From Podarcis vaucheri (Eukaryota), in assembly GCA_965113315.1 (NCBI GenBank), contig OZ220365.1: a stretch of DNA of 64,000 nt; one strand, 5' to 3'. The notes below the pieces were generated by a model. The model searched no databases. It saw only the letters and a list, made by a program, of their open reading frames with translations, and was not told the origin of the DNA. Shown here one piece after another: positions 1 through 12,697 of the stretch (position 1 is its first letter; each line of letters starts with the position of its first letter). A program made the translations under genes and the position numbers.

Positions 1-106
1 ATCTAGTCCAATCTCCTGTAATGCAGGAATCTTTTGCCCAACGTGGGCCTTGAACCCGCAACCCTGAGATTAAGTGTCCCATGCTCTACCAACTGAGCTA
101 TCCCAG
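1..106 (-). mobile_element. tRNA-Lys(CTT)-derived SINE with CR1-type tail (cut by window edge)
   Basis: - strand GGATAGCTCAGTTGGTAGAGCATGGGACACTTAATCTCAGGGTTGCGGGTTCAAGGCCCACGTTGGGC resembles tRNA-Lys, then GATTCCTGCATT...TTGGACTAGAT as at 61818. Confidence 0.75.
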
Positions 107-161
107 AATATAAGCCTTAACACTCCATTGCCTAGCCTTCACTGCTCTTTTTGAGTAAGTA

Positions 162-419
162 CCGTATTTTCGCTCTATAAGACGCACCAGACCACAAGAC
201 GCACCTAGTTTTTGGAGGAGGAAAACAAGGGAAAAAAAATTCTGAATCTCAGAAGCCAGAACAGCAAGAGGGATCGCTGTGCAGTGAAAGCAGCAATCCC
301 TCTTGCTGTTCTGGCTTCTGGGATAGCTGCACAGCCTGCATTCGCTCCATAAGATTCACATACATTTCGCCTTACTTTTTTGGAGGGAAAAAGTGAGTCT
401 TATAGAGCAAAAAATACAG
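162..419. mobile_element. Tc2/pogo-like MITE (CCGTATTTT TIR family)
   Basis: TA|CCGTATTTTCGCTCTATAAGAC...GTCTTATAGAGCAAAAAATACAG|TA; relatives at 19416, 31150, 48558. Confidence 0.82.
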
Positions 420-524
420 TACTTCCCTGTTGACCACATGGGCAGGATTGTTGGCACCTGTGCAGACCACAGACTGCTAAATGCATTTTAAGTAACTGTA
501 CTTGCTACCTGTTTGAAAGCAGTA

Positions 525-717
525 CAGTGGTACCTCTGGTTATGAATGCTTCGGCTTACGAACTCTGCTAACCCGGAAGTAGCTGCTCCTGGTTGCGAAC
601 AGAAATCGTGTGCCAGCGGGAGGCCCCATTAGCGAAAGTGCACCTCAGGATAAGAACGGTTTCAGTTTAAAAATGGACCTCTGTAACGAATTAAGTTCAT
701 AACCAGAGGTACCACTG
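525..717. mobile_element. Tigger/mariner-like MITE (CAGTGGTACC TIR family)
   Basis: TA|CAGTGGTACCTCTGGTTATGAA...TTCATAACCAGAGGTACCACTG|TA. Confidence 0.85.
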
Positions 718-1410
718 TATTTAGAATATGAAAGCTTTCTCCATCTTATGAAAACAAATAGTTAACAATAACAGACCCATGAAAGACGAGTTAGCAATAT
801 GATATGCAGAAAGTGGTGTATTTCTACTGACTGATAGTTAAGAACAGGCATAGCCAATGTTGTGCCGTTGACAGAGTGGCGGACTATAACTCCCATCAGC
901 CCCAGCCTGATATAAAGCATCTGGGCAAAATACCAAAACAACATAACCATCCTAGAACAATATACAAACACGCAAAAATCTTCAAGCTGGTGTAGATTGA
1001 AACATTCACCACAGAGAGTTTCTGACCTATACCCACCTAATCTAGCAGAACTCACAGAATGAACTAAGACCATCACATAATGGAATGTCCTCATCCATTT
1101 TCTTCAGAGGATGGCTTCCAAAGTAATCTTATTTCAATCCAGTTCCCCCTACTTGGAAATGGCATTCCTCTTATTTAATTCAACCTACAGAAACTCAAAT
1201 GTAAGAATATATTAAACTGGTAATAATAAGCTCTGTGGAAACAGAAAAGCAAGAACTGCTGGTTTTCTGCCTCCACATAGATCCCCAGGGCAACCCAAAT
1301 ATATTTTTCTACACTGCGTTCCAACTGAGGATCACAAAGAGCTCATTGAACATTTAAGAGTAGCACAAATGGATTTGCCACATATGGTCAGGGGTGTTTG
1401 TGCACCTTAG

Positions 1411-1688
1411 CTGTACAAGCTTGAGATGTGCTGTCATGTTGTCCCACCTTACAACATTTAGGGCTTCTTAGTTTAGAAAAAAATGTGAGTATCTTTTTCC
1501 CACTGGAGAGTCCAACCAGATGATCATTTCTGTTGTCCTTCTTCAGCTCTGTACAAGCCTGAGACGTGCTGTCATGTTGTCCCACCTTACAACATTTAGG
1601 GCTTCTTAGTTTAGAAAAAAATGTGAGTATCTTTTTCCCACTGGAGAGTCCAACCAGATGATCATTTCTGTTGTCCTTCTTCAGCTCT
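1411..1688. repeat. Tandem duplication, 138-bp unit x2
   Basis: 1411-1548 repeated at 1549-1686 with two substitutions. Confidence 0.95.
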
Positions 1689-2559
1689 ACAATCTCATTC
1701 TGCCCATCTCTCAGAGACTTAGCCTTAAACATGAATTATTTAAAATGGAAAAAACAACTTCTCCTCAGTTCTTCATATCATGGAAGGCGGGGGAATTACT
1801 TGTTCCATATTGGTTTTGACTTTCAGCTAAGTAACAGAAAACATTGCAGGGGTTTTTTTAAGCATCATTTTTTAGATACCCTCAATTCTGATCTAAATAC
1901 TTCAAATAGCACTTGGGGCGACGGGGACGATCCTATGCAACAAGACCAATTTGGAGTTAATTCAAGCTCCACTCACTTTAAATCACATGTGATTACAAGA
2001 TGCAGATTAGTTTGCCATGCGACTGGAGAATTGGAAAAATAGTTCTGACAGTGGTTGCCTGACAGAATTAAGAGTTACGAAAACAAAGTCATAATGATGC
2101 TGTGCAGCATGCAGATAATCAAGAAGCCCAGTGGATTAAATGTGTGTGCCTGTGATGTATTCAAAATATACTTTTAAGCAGGGGCTGGACAATAGCCCTG
2201 CTGTCTTGCAAGCAGGATGCGCTCAAGTCATTCCTCCCAGTGTTGGAGGAGTAAATAATCTCCTCCGCAGCTCCAAACAAGGGTGGGAGCCTGTCATTTG
2301 TGCTAGCTCCCTGGATGCAAGCAGAGTACCAAACCCAACCTCTGTCTTCCCACCCCACTGCTCCGCAACAAAGGCCAGTCTCTTCTGCATCTCACTGCCT
2401 CCAAGCGGGAGAGGGTTGGCTGAGATTCACTGGCTTCTTTCTGTACCTGCTAGGTTGCTAGAACTTCAACCACTGTGTGGATGCAGAGAAAGCCAGCACA
2501 TTTTAACCATGCTTTACAAGCTCTAAGCTGGAAGGGAATGGCCAGGGCCCATTGGAGTG

Positions 2560-2830
2560 CAGGAAGCTGCCCTGTACAGAGACCACTGGTCCATCTTGCT
2601 CACAATCATCGACTGCACTGACTGGGAGTGGCTCCCAATCCTACTTGCAGAAGCTGGGGATTGAACCTGAGATCTTCCACAATGGTGCTATGACTCTCTT
2701 CCTATAAAGGACAGAGAGAGCTGCTTTATACCAGTCAGGACACTGGTGCACTTATCTCAGTATTGCCTACACTGACTGGCAGTAGCTCTTTGTGGTTACA
2801 GACAGTGGTCTCCCCCAGCCCTACGTGTCT
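2560..2830 (-). mobile_element. Two degenerate tRNA-derived SINE fragments (same family as 32275)
   Basis: Shared AGCTGC..TATAC...ACACTGACTGG...GCTC...GGGATTGAAC pattern with 32275-32438. Confidence 0.5.
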
Positions 2831-2909
2831 CACCACCACTACCAATTCCTAGTTGCATTATATGCCAGCGTTTTAAGGGAGGAGAAATTTATCAGCCTGC
2901 CCCCAAGTA

Positions 2910-3554
2910 CAGCGGTACCTTGGTTCTCAAATGCCTTGGTTCCCAAACACCGAAAACCCAAAGTGCGTGTTCCGGTTTTCAAACGTTTTCCAGAAGCCGA
3001 ACATCTGATGCAGCTGTTGGCTATTGTTTCCACTGCGCCTGCACCAATCAGAAGCTGTGCCTTGGTTTTCGAACATTTTGGAAGTCAAATGGACTTCTGG
3101 AACGGATTAAGTTTGGAGATTTTGTTTTTGCTATTTATTTTGCGTTTTTGTTTTTGAAGCTTTTTCGGTTAATTTGTTTTTGTGACTGTGTGGAACCCAC
3201 TTCAGCTACTGATTGATTGTGTGATTGCAGAAATGGATAAAAGTCCCCCATCCAAACAATGAATATCATCAGTGCAGGTAAGGGAAAAAAATAATTTTAA
3301 TTTTTATCATCTACACTACTGTCTTATTTTATAGTACAGTACATTGATTATTGCTTTCATTTTATGGATCAATGGTCTCATTAGATAGTAAAATTCATGT
3401 TAAATTGCTGTTTTAGGGGTTGTTTTTAAAAGTCTGGAACGGATTAATCTGTTTTGCGTTACTTTCTATGGGAAAGTGTGCCTTGGTTTTAGAACGCTTT
3501 GGTTTTGGAACGGACTTCCGGAACGGATTAAGTTTGAGAACCAAGGTACCACTG
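2910..3554. mobile_element. Tigger/mariner-like non-autonomous DNA transposon, about 645 bp
   Basis: TA|CAGCGGTACCTTGGTTCTCAAA...TTTGAGAACCAAGGTACCACTG. Confidence 0.85.
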
Positions 3555-4323
3555 CATCATTAATCCAGAGTTTTGTCTAATTATTGACTATATAGGCATA
3601 AGACTGTAAATGCAAGGAAGAAAGATTTATTATTTCTTTTCACTGCATTTGAGCAGGATGGGGGGCACAAGTGAACCAGAACTCAAAACAACAGGTTTCT
3701 AAAAACGTTTCTGGGCACAATAGTTTGTTTGTTTTTTTACTATAATTTTGATGTGAAGTTTTTGTAAAACACCAGTTTTTCAGGGACATGCAATTTTTTT
3801 TGTGTGCCCTAGGCTCCTTGGGGAGAAAGGGTGGAATGTAAATTCAACAAATAAAGCAGGGAATCGCACAAAATTGATTTTGTTATTAAGTTGCACAGTA
3901 CAATAACATGCTATAAATTACATGCCAACTTTACACAATTCATGTGATAGTTTCGGAACTTTCAATGAGATAAGACGTCAAAAATGAACACCATAAAAAG
4001 GCATGCCTTATATGTCCTACAAAGGTGCAAAAAAATGCTCTTTGCCAAGCGGCTGGCTTGGGACATCCAGTATACAGAATGCAGAGAGGAAGCTTATTAA
4101 TCTTTCTAAGCCTTTGGAGAACCAGGAAGGTGTGTTTGTAAGGTGGGGAAAATGCATTGTGAGCATATTCAAATTCATGCTCTGCATTTTAGTAGTAACA
4201 CTTTAAAAAAAAAAAAGCAGTGCCAGATGGACAAATTTGCATCTCTTTTGTTGTTTAATTTGTATGCTATTTCCAAACTGATGAAACCATTTGCTATTAG
4301 CAAAGAACTGCCAACATGTATAC

Positions 4324-4577
4324 CATGGGTAGGTAGGCAAACTAAGGCCCGGGGCCGGATCCAGCCCAATAGCGTTCTAAATCCGGCCCAAGGACAGTCC
4401 AGGAATCAGAGTGTTTTTACATGAGCAAAATGTGTGCTTTTATTTAAAATGCATCTCTGGGTTATTTGTGGGGCATAGGAATTCGTTCATTCCCCCCCTC
4501 CCAAATATAGTCCGGGCCCCCACAAGGTCTGAGGGACAGTGGACCAGCCCCCTGCTGAAAAAGTCTGCTGACCCCTG
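4324..4577. mobile_element. hAT-like MITE
   Basis: CATGGGTAGG...GCTGACCCCTG; inverted copy at 39660-39911. Confidence 0.8.
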
Positions 4578-5472
4578 AATACCTTTCCTTCTTCCATTCC
4601 TCCTTCCCATTCCCAAGATCTGGACACCTGTTTGCCTTTTTTTTTTAATCCAAAAGCAAAAATTCTCTGACATACTACTTTCTGGTTTATGATACAACCG
4701 CCATGCAGATTTTCAGAGTCCGTTTTTATCACTTTGATTAGCAAGGCCAAGAAACTTTGCTATAATTAGTCTTTATTATACTGGACTTCCAAATTAGCAT
4801 CCACCTAGTTGCCTGAGGCATTGAAAAAGTTGCCTGCAGGCAACACAGCAGGAAAATTCAAAAAAGGCAGAGCTGGGATTCAGAAAGCCATGCAGCCCAT
4901 TTGAAGTGTTTTGGGCTTATGTTTCCCAAACAACAACTCCCTAACTCCAACACAACATGGCAAATCACTTCTTGGACTGGAGATTTTCCAAAGCAGCTTA
5001 TGATAAGACATGGGGTCTTCTACTCAATGACAAAACATTGACAAATCAATTGAAAAATAAAGCACACATGTCCAAAATTCCCCAGTATGTGTAACGTAAA
5101 GCTTTAGATTCCATTCAAATTCCCCTTCCCTCCCTGCACAATTCAGTTGACTTTACGCAATCAATAGCCAAGCCGCCTTATAGTTTGCCATCTAATTTAA
5201 GGCAGCCTACCAAAGGAGAGGCCACAGTGCCTTAGAGCTCAACCCAATTCACATACCCATCTTCAATCACCTAAACCTGCGTCAAGTAGGGGGATGACTT
5301 CCCCTCCCAACCTATAGCTCTAATGAAAATCAAGCCAAAATCATAGACTTGCTCTATCAATTACATATTTAGGATACACTTGGGCACAGTGACAGTCATA
5401 GAAGAAATTACATTGGTGCATTTTTGGTAGGGGTTGTATCCAGATTACTATTATGCTACTACAACTACTAAA

Positions 5473-5826
5473 TGGTGGCACTATGGTCTAAACCACTGAG
5501 CCTAGGGCTTGCTGATCTGAAGGTCGGCGGTTCGAATCCCCACAACGGGGTGAGCTCCCATCGTCTGGTCCCAGCTCCTGCCCACCTAACAGTTCAAAAG
5601 AACGTCAAAGTGCAAGTAGATAAATAGGTACCGCTCCGGTGGGAAGGTAAACAGTGTTTCCGTGTACTGCTCTGGCTCACCAGAAGCAGGTTAGTTATGC
5701 TGGCCACATGACCCGGAAGCTGTCTGCGGACAAACGCCGGCTCCCTCGGCTTATAAAGCGAGATGGGCGCCGCAACACCAGAGTCGTTCACGACTGGACC
5801 TAATGGCCAGGGGTCCCTTTACCTTT
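5473..5826 (+). mobile_element. Sauria SINE, near full length
   Basis: B box GGTTCGAATCC, body AAATAGGTACCGCTCC, tail GGGGTCCCTTTACCTTTA. Confidence 0.9.
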
Positions 5827-5832
5827 ACTTCT

Positions 5833-6030
5833 AAAGGTAAACGGCATTTCCGTGCGCTCTGGTTTCCGTCACGGTGTTCCGTTGCGCCAGAAGCGGTTTA
5901 GTCCTGCTGGCCACATGACCCAAAAAGCTGTCTATGGACAAACGCCGGCTCCCTCAGTCTGAAAGCAATGAACGCCCCAACCCATAGTCGCCTTTGACTG
6001 GACTTAGCCATCCAGGGGTCCTTTACCTTT
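5833..6030 (+). mobile_element. Sauria SINE 3' half (variant subfamily), tandem to previous copy
   Basis: AAGGTAAACGGC...GGGGTCCTTTACCTTT with a longer internal segment. Confidence 0.8.
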
Positions 6031-7082
6031 ATCATTATTACTACTAGTACTATTAAGCATCTGCTCCATTTTCCAGCTGCTTTGCCACATGTATCAACCA
6101 CCAAGAGATTAGCAAAACCTAAAACCAGTTATAATTAGGACCATTAAATCTTAATTTTCCACATTCTTGTTTTTCCTGGCTCAACAGCAGCAGTGGAAAA
6201 CCTGATTTAATCTTTTTAGAAGGTGTCTTTAAAACATCAACTCTTGGAATAGCCACAGTTATTATACCACCAGACTTCCCTCAAGATACGTGGAACGGCT
6301 TGCCAGATTCCGTATGTTGAATGTAAACATTTCCTCAGCTCTAATTCTTATTTTAGCAGTAACTTCCTACTGCCTTTTGCTAAACTTATTAGCTGTTAGT
6401 AAAGACACACACATCCTTCTAAAATAAGATAGGTCATTTTTATGAATGAACTTTTAGGACAGGTCTACTAAAGTATTTCCATTGGTTCCTTTGCATTCCT
6501 TCCATTGTTTCCTGGTTATAATGTTTGTTTTCTCTTCAGTATTTCACCTAATTGAAAACCGCTGGCTTAGTTTATCTGCCACTCAACAACCATAAGATGA
6601 TGGCCAATTCTAACAGCTAATCATGAGACTGTTTTGATGGACCATTATTTGTAGATCTTTTTCCCCAACATCCAAACATATCTACATAAAGAACACCCAA
6701 CTGAGAAGACAGTTACTTTCAAACTGTGATTAGGAAAGCCATAAGATTACTTGGAATCTCAGGGGCTCCTTCAGTGATGAAGCCAATGCCAGTGGACAAG
6801 TTTCTGTGAAAAGGTATCTTGCTCACAGCAGCCATGGGAGAGCACTGGGAATTTTAGGTCACACTCAGAAGCACACAAGACCCCAAAAGGTGACCAATTC
6901 CCCACACAAACTGAGTGGAACATCCTACAGCAGACCGTCAGGATTTTTCAGAGTAAGTTAATGAACAATTTCCTGACATCTTAAAACCCTTGAACCACGG
7001 GTACCGTACATTGAGGAATTTCTATGAGATTACCCTGCTAACCCAGTATTGATTTAGGAATACTTGAATGAAGTCCATGCTA

Positions 7083-7085
<3 letters not shown>

Positions 7086-7113
<28 letters not shown>
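7086..7113. repeat. (TG)n microsatellite
   Basis: About 14 TG units. Confidence 0.95.
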
Positions 7114-7117
<4 letters not shown>

Positions 7118-8167
7118 CATGTTCGGGCTATATGTGTCCTGAATCTCTTGTACATATTTTATACCAAAAAAATACAATTATAATCATTTATTATTTATTT
7201 GCCGCCCATATGACTGGGTTACCCCAACCACTCTGGGCGACTGCCAACAAATTAAAACACACCGAAGAGGGGAGAGTGTCAGAATAACTTTCCATCCAAG
7301 GCAAAGTGTCATGGAGTTAATATTGTTTCCTATCCTATATATATCTGTAACTACCTTGTTATTGTTTAATGAGCCGGGGCTTTTATAAATATAAATAAAA
7401 CAGCTTGACCCTGACTATTCAAGACCACTGTTGTTTAATGACTTTCTGACATCAGCGTTAGGGCTATACATAGCAGTACATCTCATCTTGACTATCCAGT
7501 CCCAATCCAGATTTGCACAGGTAAAAACCACTGGGGACCAAAGGAAGTAAAGCAAGTAAAATATTGAAAATCTAATACCTCAGAATATAGTTACTGTGGA
7601 CAGTCAGTCATGTTAGCTTATTGCTGTCCAAAAAAAGGAAAAGAAAAGATAAAGAGTTCTGTGGTACCGTGAAAAGTAATGTACATTCTCTCTGTCTGCA
7701 AAAACATTAAATAAAGAGTGTGGGTTATAAATGCACATGGATGGAAGTATGGCAGGGAAAGGTGGCAAAACTGGCAATAGGCCAAGACCTATGGTTATTA
7801 TTATTATTATTGTTGTAATTATTATTAATTTATACCCTGCCTTTTTACTCAAGGCAGCTTGAGATGGTGACACAAGCACAAGTGAAACTAAGGCTTTCCA
7901 CTCAACAATCACCATATTTTTCTTCTTGCTTTTATTATGCATTTTGTGTTTTTGGTCTTGTATTTTCATGTCGCCCTGAGATCTACGGATTAGGGGCAGT
8001 ATACAAATTTAACAAATGCATAAACAATCCCTCTTCCTTTTCAATAATGACAAGCATCTGCTTGAAAACAGCATCTTGAAATGAGGTCAAATTCTCCAAA
8101 AGACCCCAAACAAATGGCTGGATCCTCAAAGCCTTTGTTTTTCAAAAAGCAACCATGATAAGCATTT

Positions 8168-8405
8168 TCCTATGAGGAAAGGTTGAAGGTGCTGTGCATA
8201 CTTAGCCTGGAGGATAGATAATTAAGAGACAGCACGATAGGCATCTACAAATATTTTAAGGGTTGTGACATTGATGATGGGGCACATTTATTCTATGTCA
8301 CTCTAGAAGGTAGATCTCAAATAAAGATAAAGAACAACTTCCAGAAAGTATGAGCTGTCCAACACTTAGACAGAACACCTGGGGAGGTGGTTGGTTGACT
8401 CCCCG
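8168..8405 (+). mobile_element. CR1 LINE ORF2 3' fragment, decayed
   Basis: Translates to a YEERLKVL..LSLE.R.LR..TI.IYKYFKG-like motif typical of the CR1 ORF2 C-terminus. Confidence 0.65.
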
Positions 8406-9313
8406 ATATTTTTTCTGGCAGGGGGGGTTCTGTAGGAATTGAGTTACTATACTGACAAAGTGTGCCTACTTTAATGTATTTTCCACATCAGGCAAAGCCC
8501 TATTTATTCTCACAAGTTATTTGGTGTTGTACAGTCGTTTTATCATCCGGTTGTATTATGTGTGGCTTGGTATGATTTATTTTTTTTCTAGTTTTAGGTT
8601 TCCTTTCTGTCAGTTACATTGTTTCTGTACTGCACTGCTTTACTGAATTGTATTTTTTAAATCAATGTGTGATTTTAAGTGGCGTTTTTAAACAAATATG
8701 TACACCACCCAGAGAATTGGGTGTATTGGGTGACTACTATTAAAGAACCAACAGACATGTTTATATTTTTATTTGAAACTTCTATTGAGCTGTGTTTGGC
8801 TCTCCTGACACAAGTTAGGTTTGCCGCCTAATGTTTTGGGTTTTTCCCTCCATCTCTACAAACAGGCAAATTTTAAACATGGGGTAAATACACCTACCAC
8901 CTTCTCAGCCCAGTTCATGTCTCTTACATTGGTCTTGCCTATGCCTCTGAAAGTTCAGGCCAAAGTTAACTAGTCCAAATCAGCATTTTTTAAAAAGCTA
9001 CCGTTAAAACAGTGGCAGCCTAGACAACGCTACTTTGAGAAAATATTGTCCATGCTTGAGCATATGCAAGTTTTCCTTCACCGGCTCAGGATGAGGTAGC
9101 AACCATGAAGAACAAATGACACCCTGTTTCACTACTGCTTCCAATGTTCTCATTATGACCTCATGAACTGCCTTTGTACAGTGATGTAATGGAATGTTGC
9201 ACAAATGATTGACTGGTTTCATTTATTTATGTGCTGCCTTCCCACAGTTAGCAGTGCCCAAAGCGGCTTACAACAAGCACCCACTTGAACCAAAATACAA
9301 AACAGGTTAGGGG

Positions 9314-9440
9314 GAGCATTGTGGCGCAGTGGGTCAGTGCATCTGGCTGTTAACGAGAAGGTTGATGGTTTGAGCCCACCCGGGGACAGCTGTGGGCAGG
9401 ATCCCGACCCTCAGGGTCTGTGCCGACTCTATAATTCTAA
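9314..9440 (+). mobile_element. tRNA-Asn(GTT)-derived SINE or tRNA pseudogene with short CR1-like tail
   Basis: TGTGGCGCAGTGGGTCAGTGCATCTGGCTGTTAACGAGAAGGTTGATGGTTTGAGCCCACCCGGGGAC resembles vertebrate tRNA-Asn; ends ACTCTATAATTCTA. Confidence 0.65.
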
Positions 9441-10352
9441 CTGGACAAAAATAAACAATTCAGCATACATGGAATGAATTCGCTATTATGAAAAAAATAA
9501 TCTAGACCCAAATACAAAGCAGAAAAAGTCAACAGTAGGCCAAGTTCTTGGTGCTGGTCTCTTCAGCAGCCCACTTTCAATATAGTTCAGAGGGGAAGAG
9601 GTCTTCTCACCAGGTTAGGTGATTTGCAGCCTTTCCCCAGCCCCCTGGACTTTCCAGCTGCTGGTGCTGGTCTTACTGCTATTAGTTTTGACAGCTGCAG
9701 CTGTGATGCATGAGAAAAGACACTCTACAGCCAAAAGTAAAAGCACATCACCTACACCACTGACAATAAAATGAACAGTTCCATTGCTAAGTACTTTCCA
9801 ACAATAAAAAACAGCAGCAATAACAAAAATACTAGATGAGTTGGTCACTTGTTACATAAGGTCTCCAAGTAACTTAAAGAATATTTTGAAGCATAAAGCT
9901 AACATTATAATAATATATATTTGCACACGCAATTCTTTTTGAAAAAAACACACAATTCCAAATAACAGCAGCAGAAAGCTAACAACAAAAGTTGCACCAG
10001 TTTTAAGTGGTTAAAAGAACAACACTCTTCAGTTACCCCACTCATCAGCTACTGAAAATGCAGCAGTTTAATTTCTGCTGTAAAAGCAGAAATTTAAACA
10101 ACCCTGTTAAGTTGAAGAAGCAACCACTGTAATGTCCTACGTTGGAATCCTAAGCACCCCTTTCATCAGAGTCAATCCGACTGAACGCAGTAGTATTTAC
10201 TTCCAAGTAAGCATGCCTAGGATTACACTCCAGCACTGTGTACACATTACCGGTTTTTCTCAATTCAGATCGAAGCTAGTCTGGGGGGAAATGCCTCAAA
10301 ACACAGTATTTCCTAAGAAACAACAGTATAAAGAATTGTGGCTTATATTGTT

Positions 10353-10387
<35 letters not shown>

Positions 10388-10899
10388 TTTTACACCGCTT
10401 CTCAAACCAGCCTAGGTCAGAGCACAGGGAACCTTTGGTCATCCAGGTGTTGTTAAACTCCATTCCCATCAGCACCAACCAGCACAGCCAACAGTTTGAA
10501 ATGCTGCAAGTTCAGACTCCAGAAACATCTGGAGCGCCAAAAGCTCAGCAGCCCTAGGTAGAAGTCCTTTAGTACTTGGACGACATGAGATACCCAACCC
10601 GCAAGTCTGCCAAGGAGTGATACATGCTTCTCTGCCATGTCACTGCAAATCTCAGACTTGGGGGAATCTGGCTATGCTCAGTAAGGAGTGGAATCTACAC
10701 TCTGTACATGTCTAAATGAAATCTCTCACTGCAACACATGTTCCACCGAAAACTACTTCTAGAGAGGAATTCTTCAAACCCCTGCCTTGAATAAACAAAT
10801 ATGCTTTTTTTAAAAGGAAAAAAAATCCTTCCTCTGCTTTATATTCTTTCCCCTGCAAATCTCTTTTCCCCAGAGGCTACCCTCCCTCGACACCATCAC

Positions 10900-11790
10900 A
10901 AGGGGGCGTAACACTGGACGCCAAGCAGACAGATCCCCGCAGCGCAGGCCCGGATCCGACAACAAACCGTGCTCCTGAGCGTGTGCAGAGAGTCCTTTCG
11001 CTCGGGGCAGGATCTCACCTCGTCGCCGAAGTGCACCACCTTCTGGCCGGTGTTGAGGCGCAGGTTCGGGTAGCAGACCGGCGGCGGGGGTCCCCGGGTG
11101 ACCCCTCGGTGCGCCGCGTAGCGGGCCTGGATGTGGGGCTCCACCAGGGTCTGGTCGATGATCTCGTCCTGCTGGCGGGGCGGCAGGCGCTCCCACTCGG
11201 GCCCGTAGCGCTCGCGGATGCGCTCCTTCTCCGCCATGATCTTGCGCGCCATGGGGTTGAGCGACGAGAAGTAGCTGAAGCGCTTGCGCTCCCGCTCATC
11301 CAGCGGCCGGTTGCCGTTCAGGGCCGCCGTGCGGGAAGCGGCGATCGCCGCCGCCATCGAAGCCATCGCCGCCGCCCCCCGGGGCCCTGGCGCGCGCTCG
11401 GACGCCGGCGTGGAGCGCAGCCGAGCCGGGAGCACAAAACAAGTCGGTCGTCCACCGCCGCCGCGCCCTCCTTCTCCTCGGCTCCGCGCACAGCTCCGCT
11501 TTCCGCCTCCCGGAAGCCTTTGGCTCCGCCCCTGCTCTTAGGACCGCCTCCCGGGCGTCCTCCCCTTAAAAACAAACACACAAAAGACACACACACACAA
11601 GCACACGAGCCCGGGACAGGGCATCGATGCTGCTGCCAACGCGGGGCGCGTGGGTGTTGTGCCGCGTAAAGAGCCAGGAACCCTTTCCAAAGCAGCGCGC
11701 TTTGCCATCCACAGCACAAAATTACGCGTAGCAAACGTATACGGGGGGCGGTGCTCAAATCAGACGAACTAAGCGAGTGTAGTGGACGGA
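10900..11790. promoter_or_regulatory. CpG island / promoter of C1orf198
   Basis: GC- and CpG-rich block over exon 1; GC boxes (GGCTCCGCCC ~11522, GGGGCGG ~11745) and ETS-like CCGGAAG ~11510. Confidence 0.8.
11019..11366 (-). CDS. C1orf198: C1orf198 homolog, coding exon 1 (116 codons); later exons not found in window
   Basis: [58 protein letters not shown]...[10 protein letters not shown] matches the recalled vertebrate C1orf198 N-terminus; ATG at 11366, GAG|gtgag donor after 11019; synteny with TTC13-ARV1. Confidence 0.92.
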
Positions 11791-11846
11791 TTGCATCTAA
11801 CACCCTGCCGGCTTTAGCCTGGACCCACCTCGCCCAAGAGGGATGG

Positions 11847-12697
11847 TGTTACGGGCTGCTTGGAAGCCGAGGAATGGCGAGAGGAACTAGCTGGGGAACC
11901 ACCAAAGGATGAAGACTCAAGTCTGGGGAGTGGAGGTGGGAGTCGGATTTACGTATAAGCTGAACAAGCTGTAGTTTAGGGACCCACTCTCTTGAGCCCC
12001 CCAAAAAAATTTAAAAGGGAAAAAACCCCAGGATGTACATTTCCAAAATATACGTTTAAAAAACAAATAAAATAAAACCTACATACAGCAACAGTGTTTT
12101 GTTTTGTGTATGGACCTATTAGGTCCATAAATTACCATATAGCATATCTTCAACACAAAAAACAGCGACAATTTGTTGTTGACAAAGGGCAGCTGGACAT
12201 ATAAAGGGCCCCATTACCTTCAGTAGCTTAGGGCCTCATCAAACCTAAATCCAGCCCTGGGAGTGGAGGTGGAATGGTGTGTAATCAGAAAGAGGAAGGT
12301 GTGGGAAGTTGGGAGAGAAAAGTCCAGAAGTAGGGGCAGGAGAGTGAAATGAGGGAGGCCAAGAGGCAGAGATGAGTCAGACTGCTGAAGAAGCATGGGT
12401 GTCTCCCTGCCACCATCACTGTTCCCAGAACCAGAAGAGGTATGAAATGGGAGGAGCCAAGACAAACATACAGGCTTAATCTCCAATTGCTTGGAAAAAG
12501 CCCTGGAGAGGAGGAGACATAAATCGCTGTAGGGAGGTGGGGATCTTTACTCTTGGCAACTTTCATGGTAAGACACACAGGAAATGAGCTGCTGGGCTCA
12601 TTCAGCCTGACAGCCAAGTCTGTGACTATAGTGTTTTTGCTAATAGTTAACACCAATTTTGAACTGTGTAATTTACTGTTCGGGTAGCTCTGTGACA
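11847..12697 (+). mobile_element. Solo LTR with 5-bp TSD, interrupted by a hAT-like MITE
   Basis: GATGG|TGTTAC...GTGACA|GATGG; 5' part resembles the LTR at 60148-60714. Confidence 0.72.
11941..12259. mobile_element. hAT-like MITE nested in the solo LTR
   Basis: GTCGGATTTA...TAAATCCAGCCCTG ends; LTR sequence GGGAGTGGAGGTGG repeated on both sides. Confidence 0.65.

Noticed and set aside
36-106. Functional tRNA-Lys gene
   Set aside because: Stem mismatches, and it runs straight into a CR1-type tail; better explained as a SINE head
1388-1732. ORF with a repeated 46-aa peptide
   Set aside because: Caused by the 138-bp tandem duplication; no coding signature or splice context
4915-4935. Possible C1orf198 exon 2 (WET codons on - strand)
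   Set aside because: Followed immediately by TAA and lacks the expected upstream residues; exon 2 probably lies outside the window
10810-11803. Several long overlapping ORFs (up to 228 aa) at the C1orf198 5' end
   Set aside because: By-products of a GC-rich, stop-poor CpG island; only 11019-11366 (-) matches a known protein and ends at a splice donor
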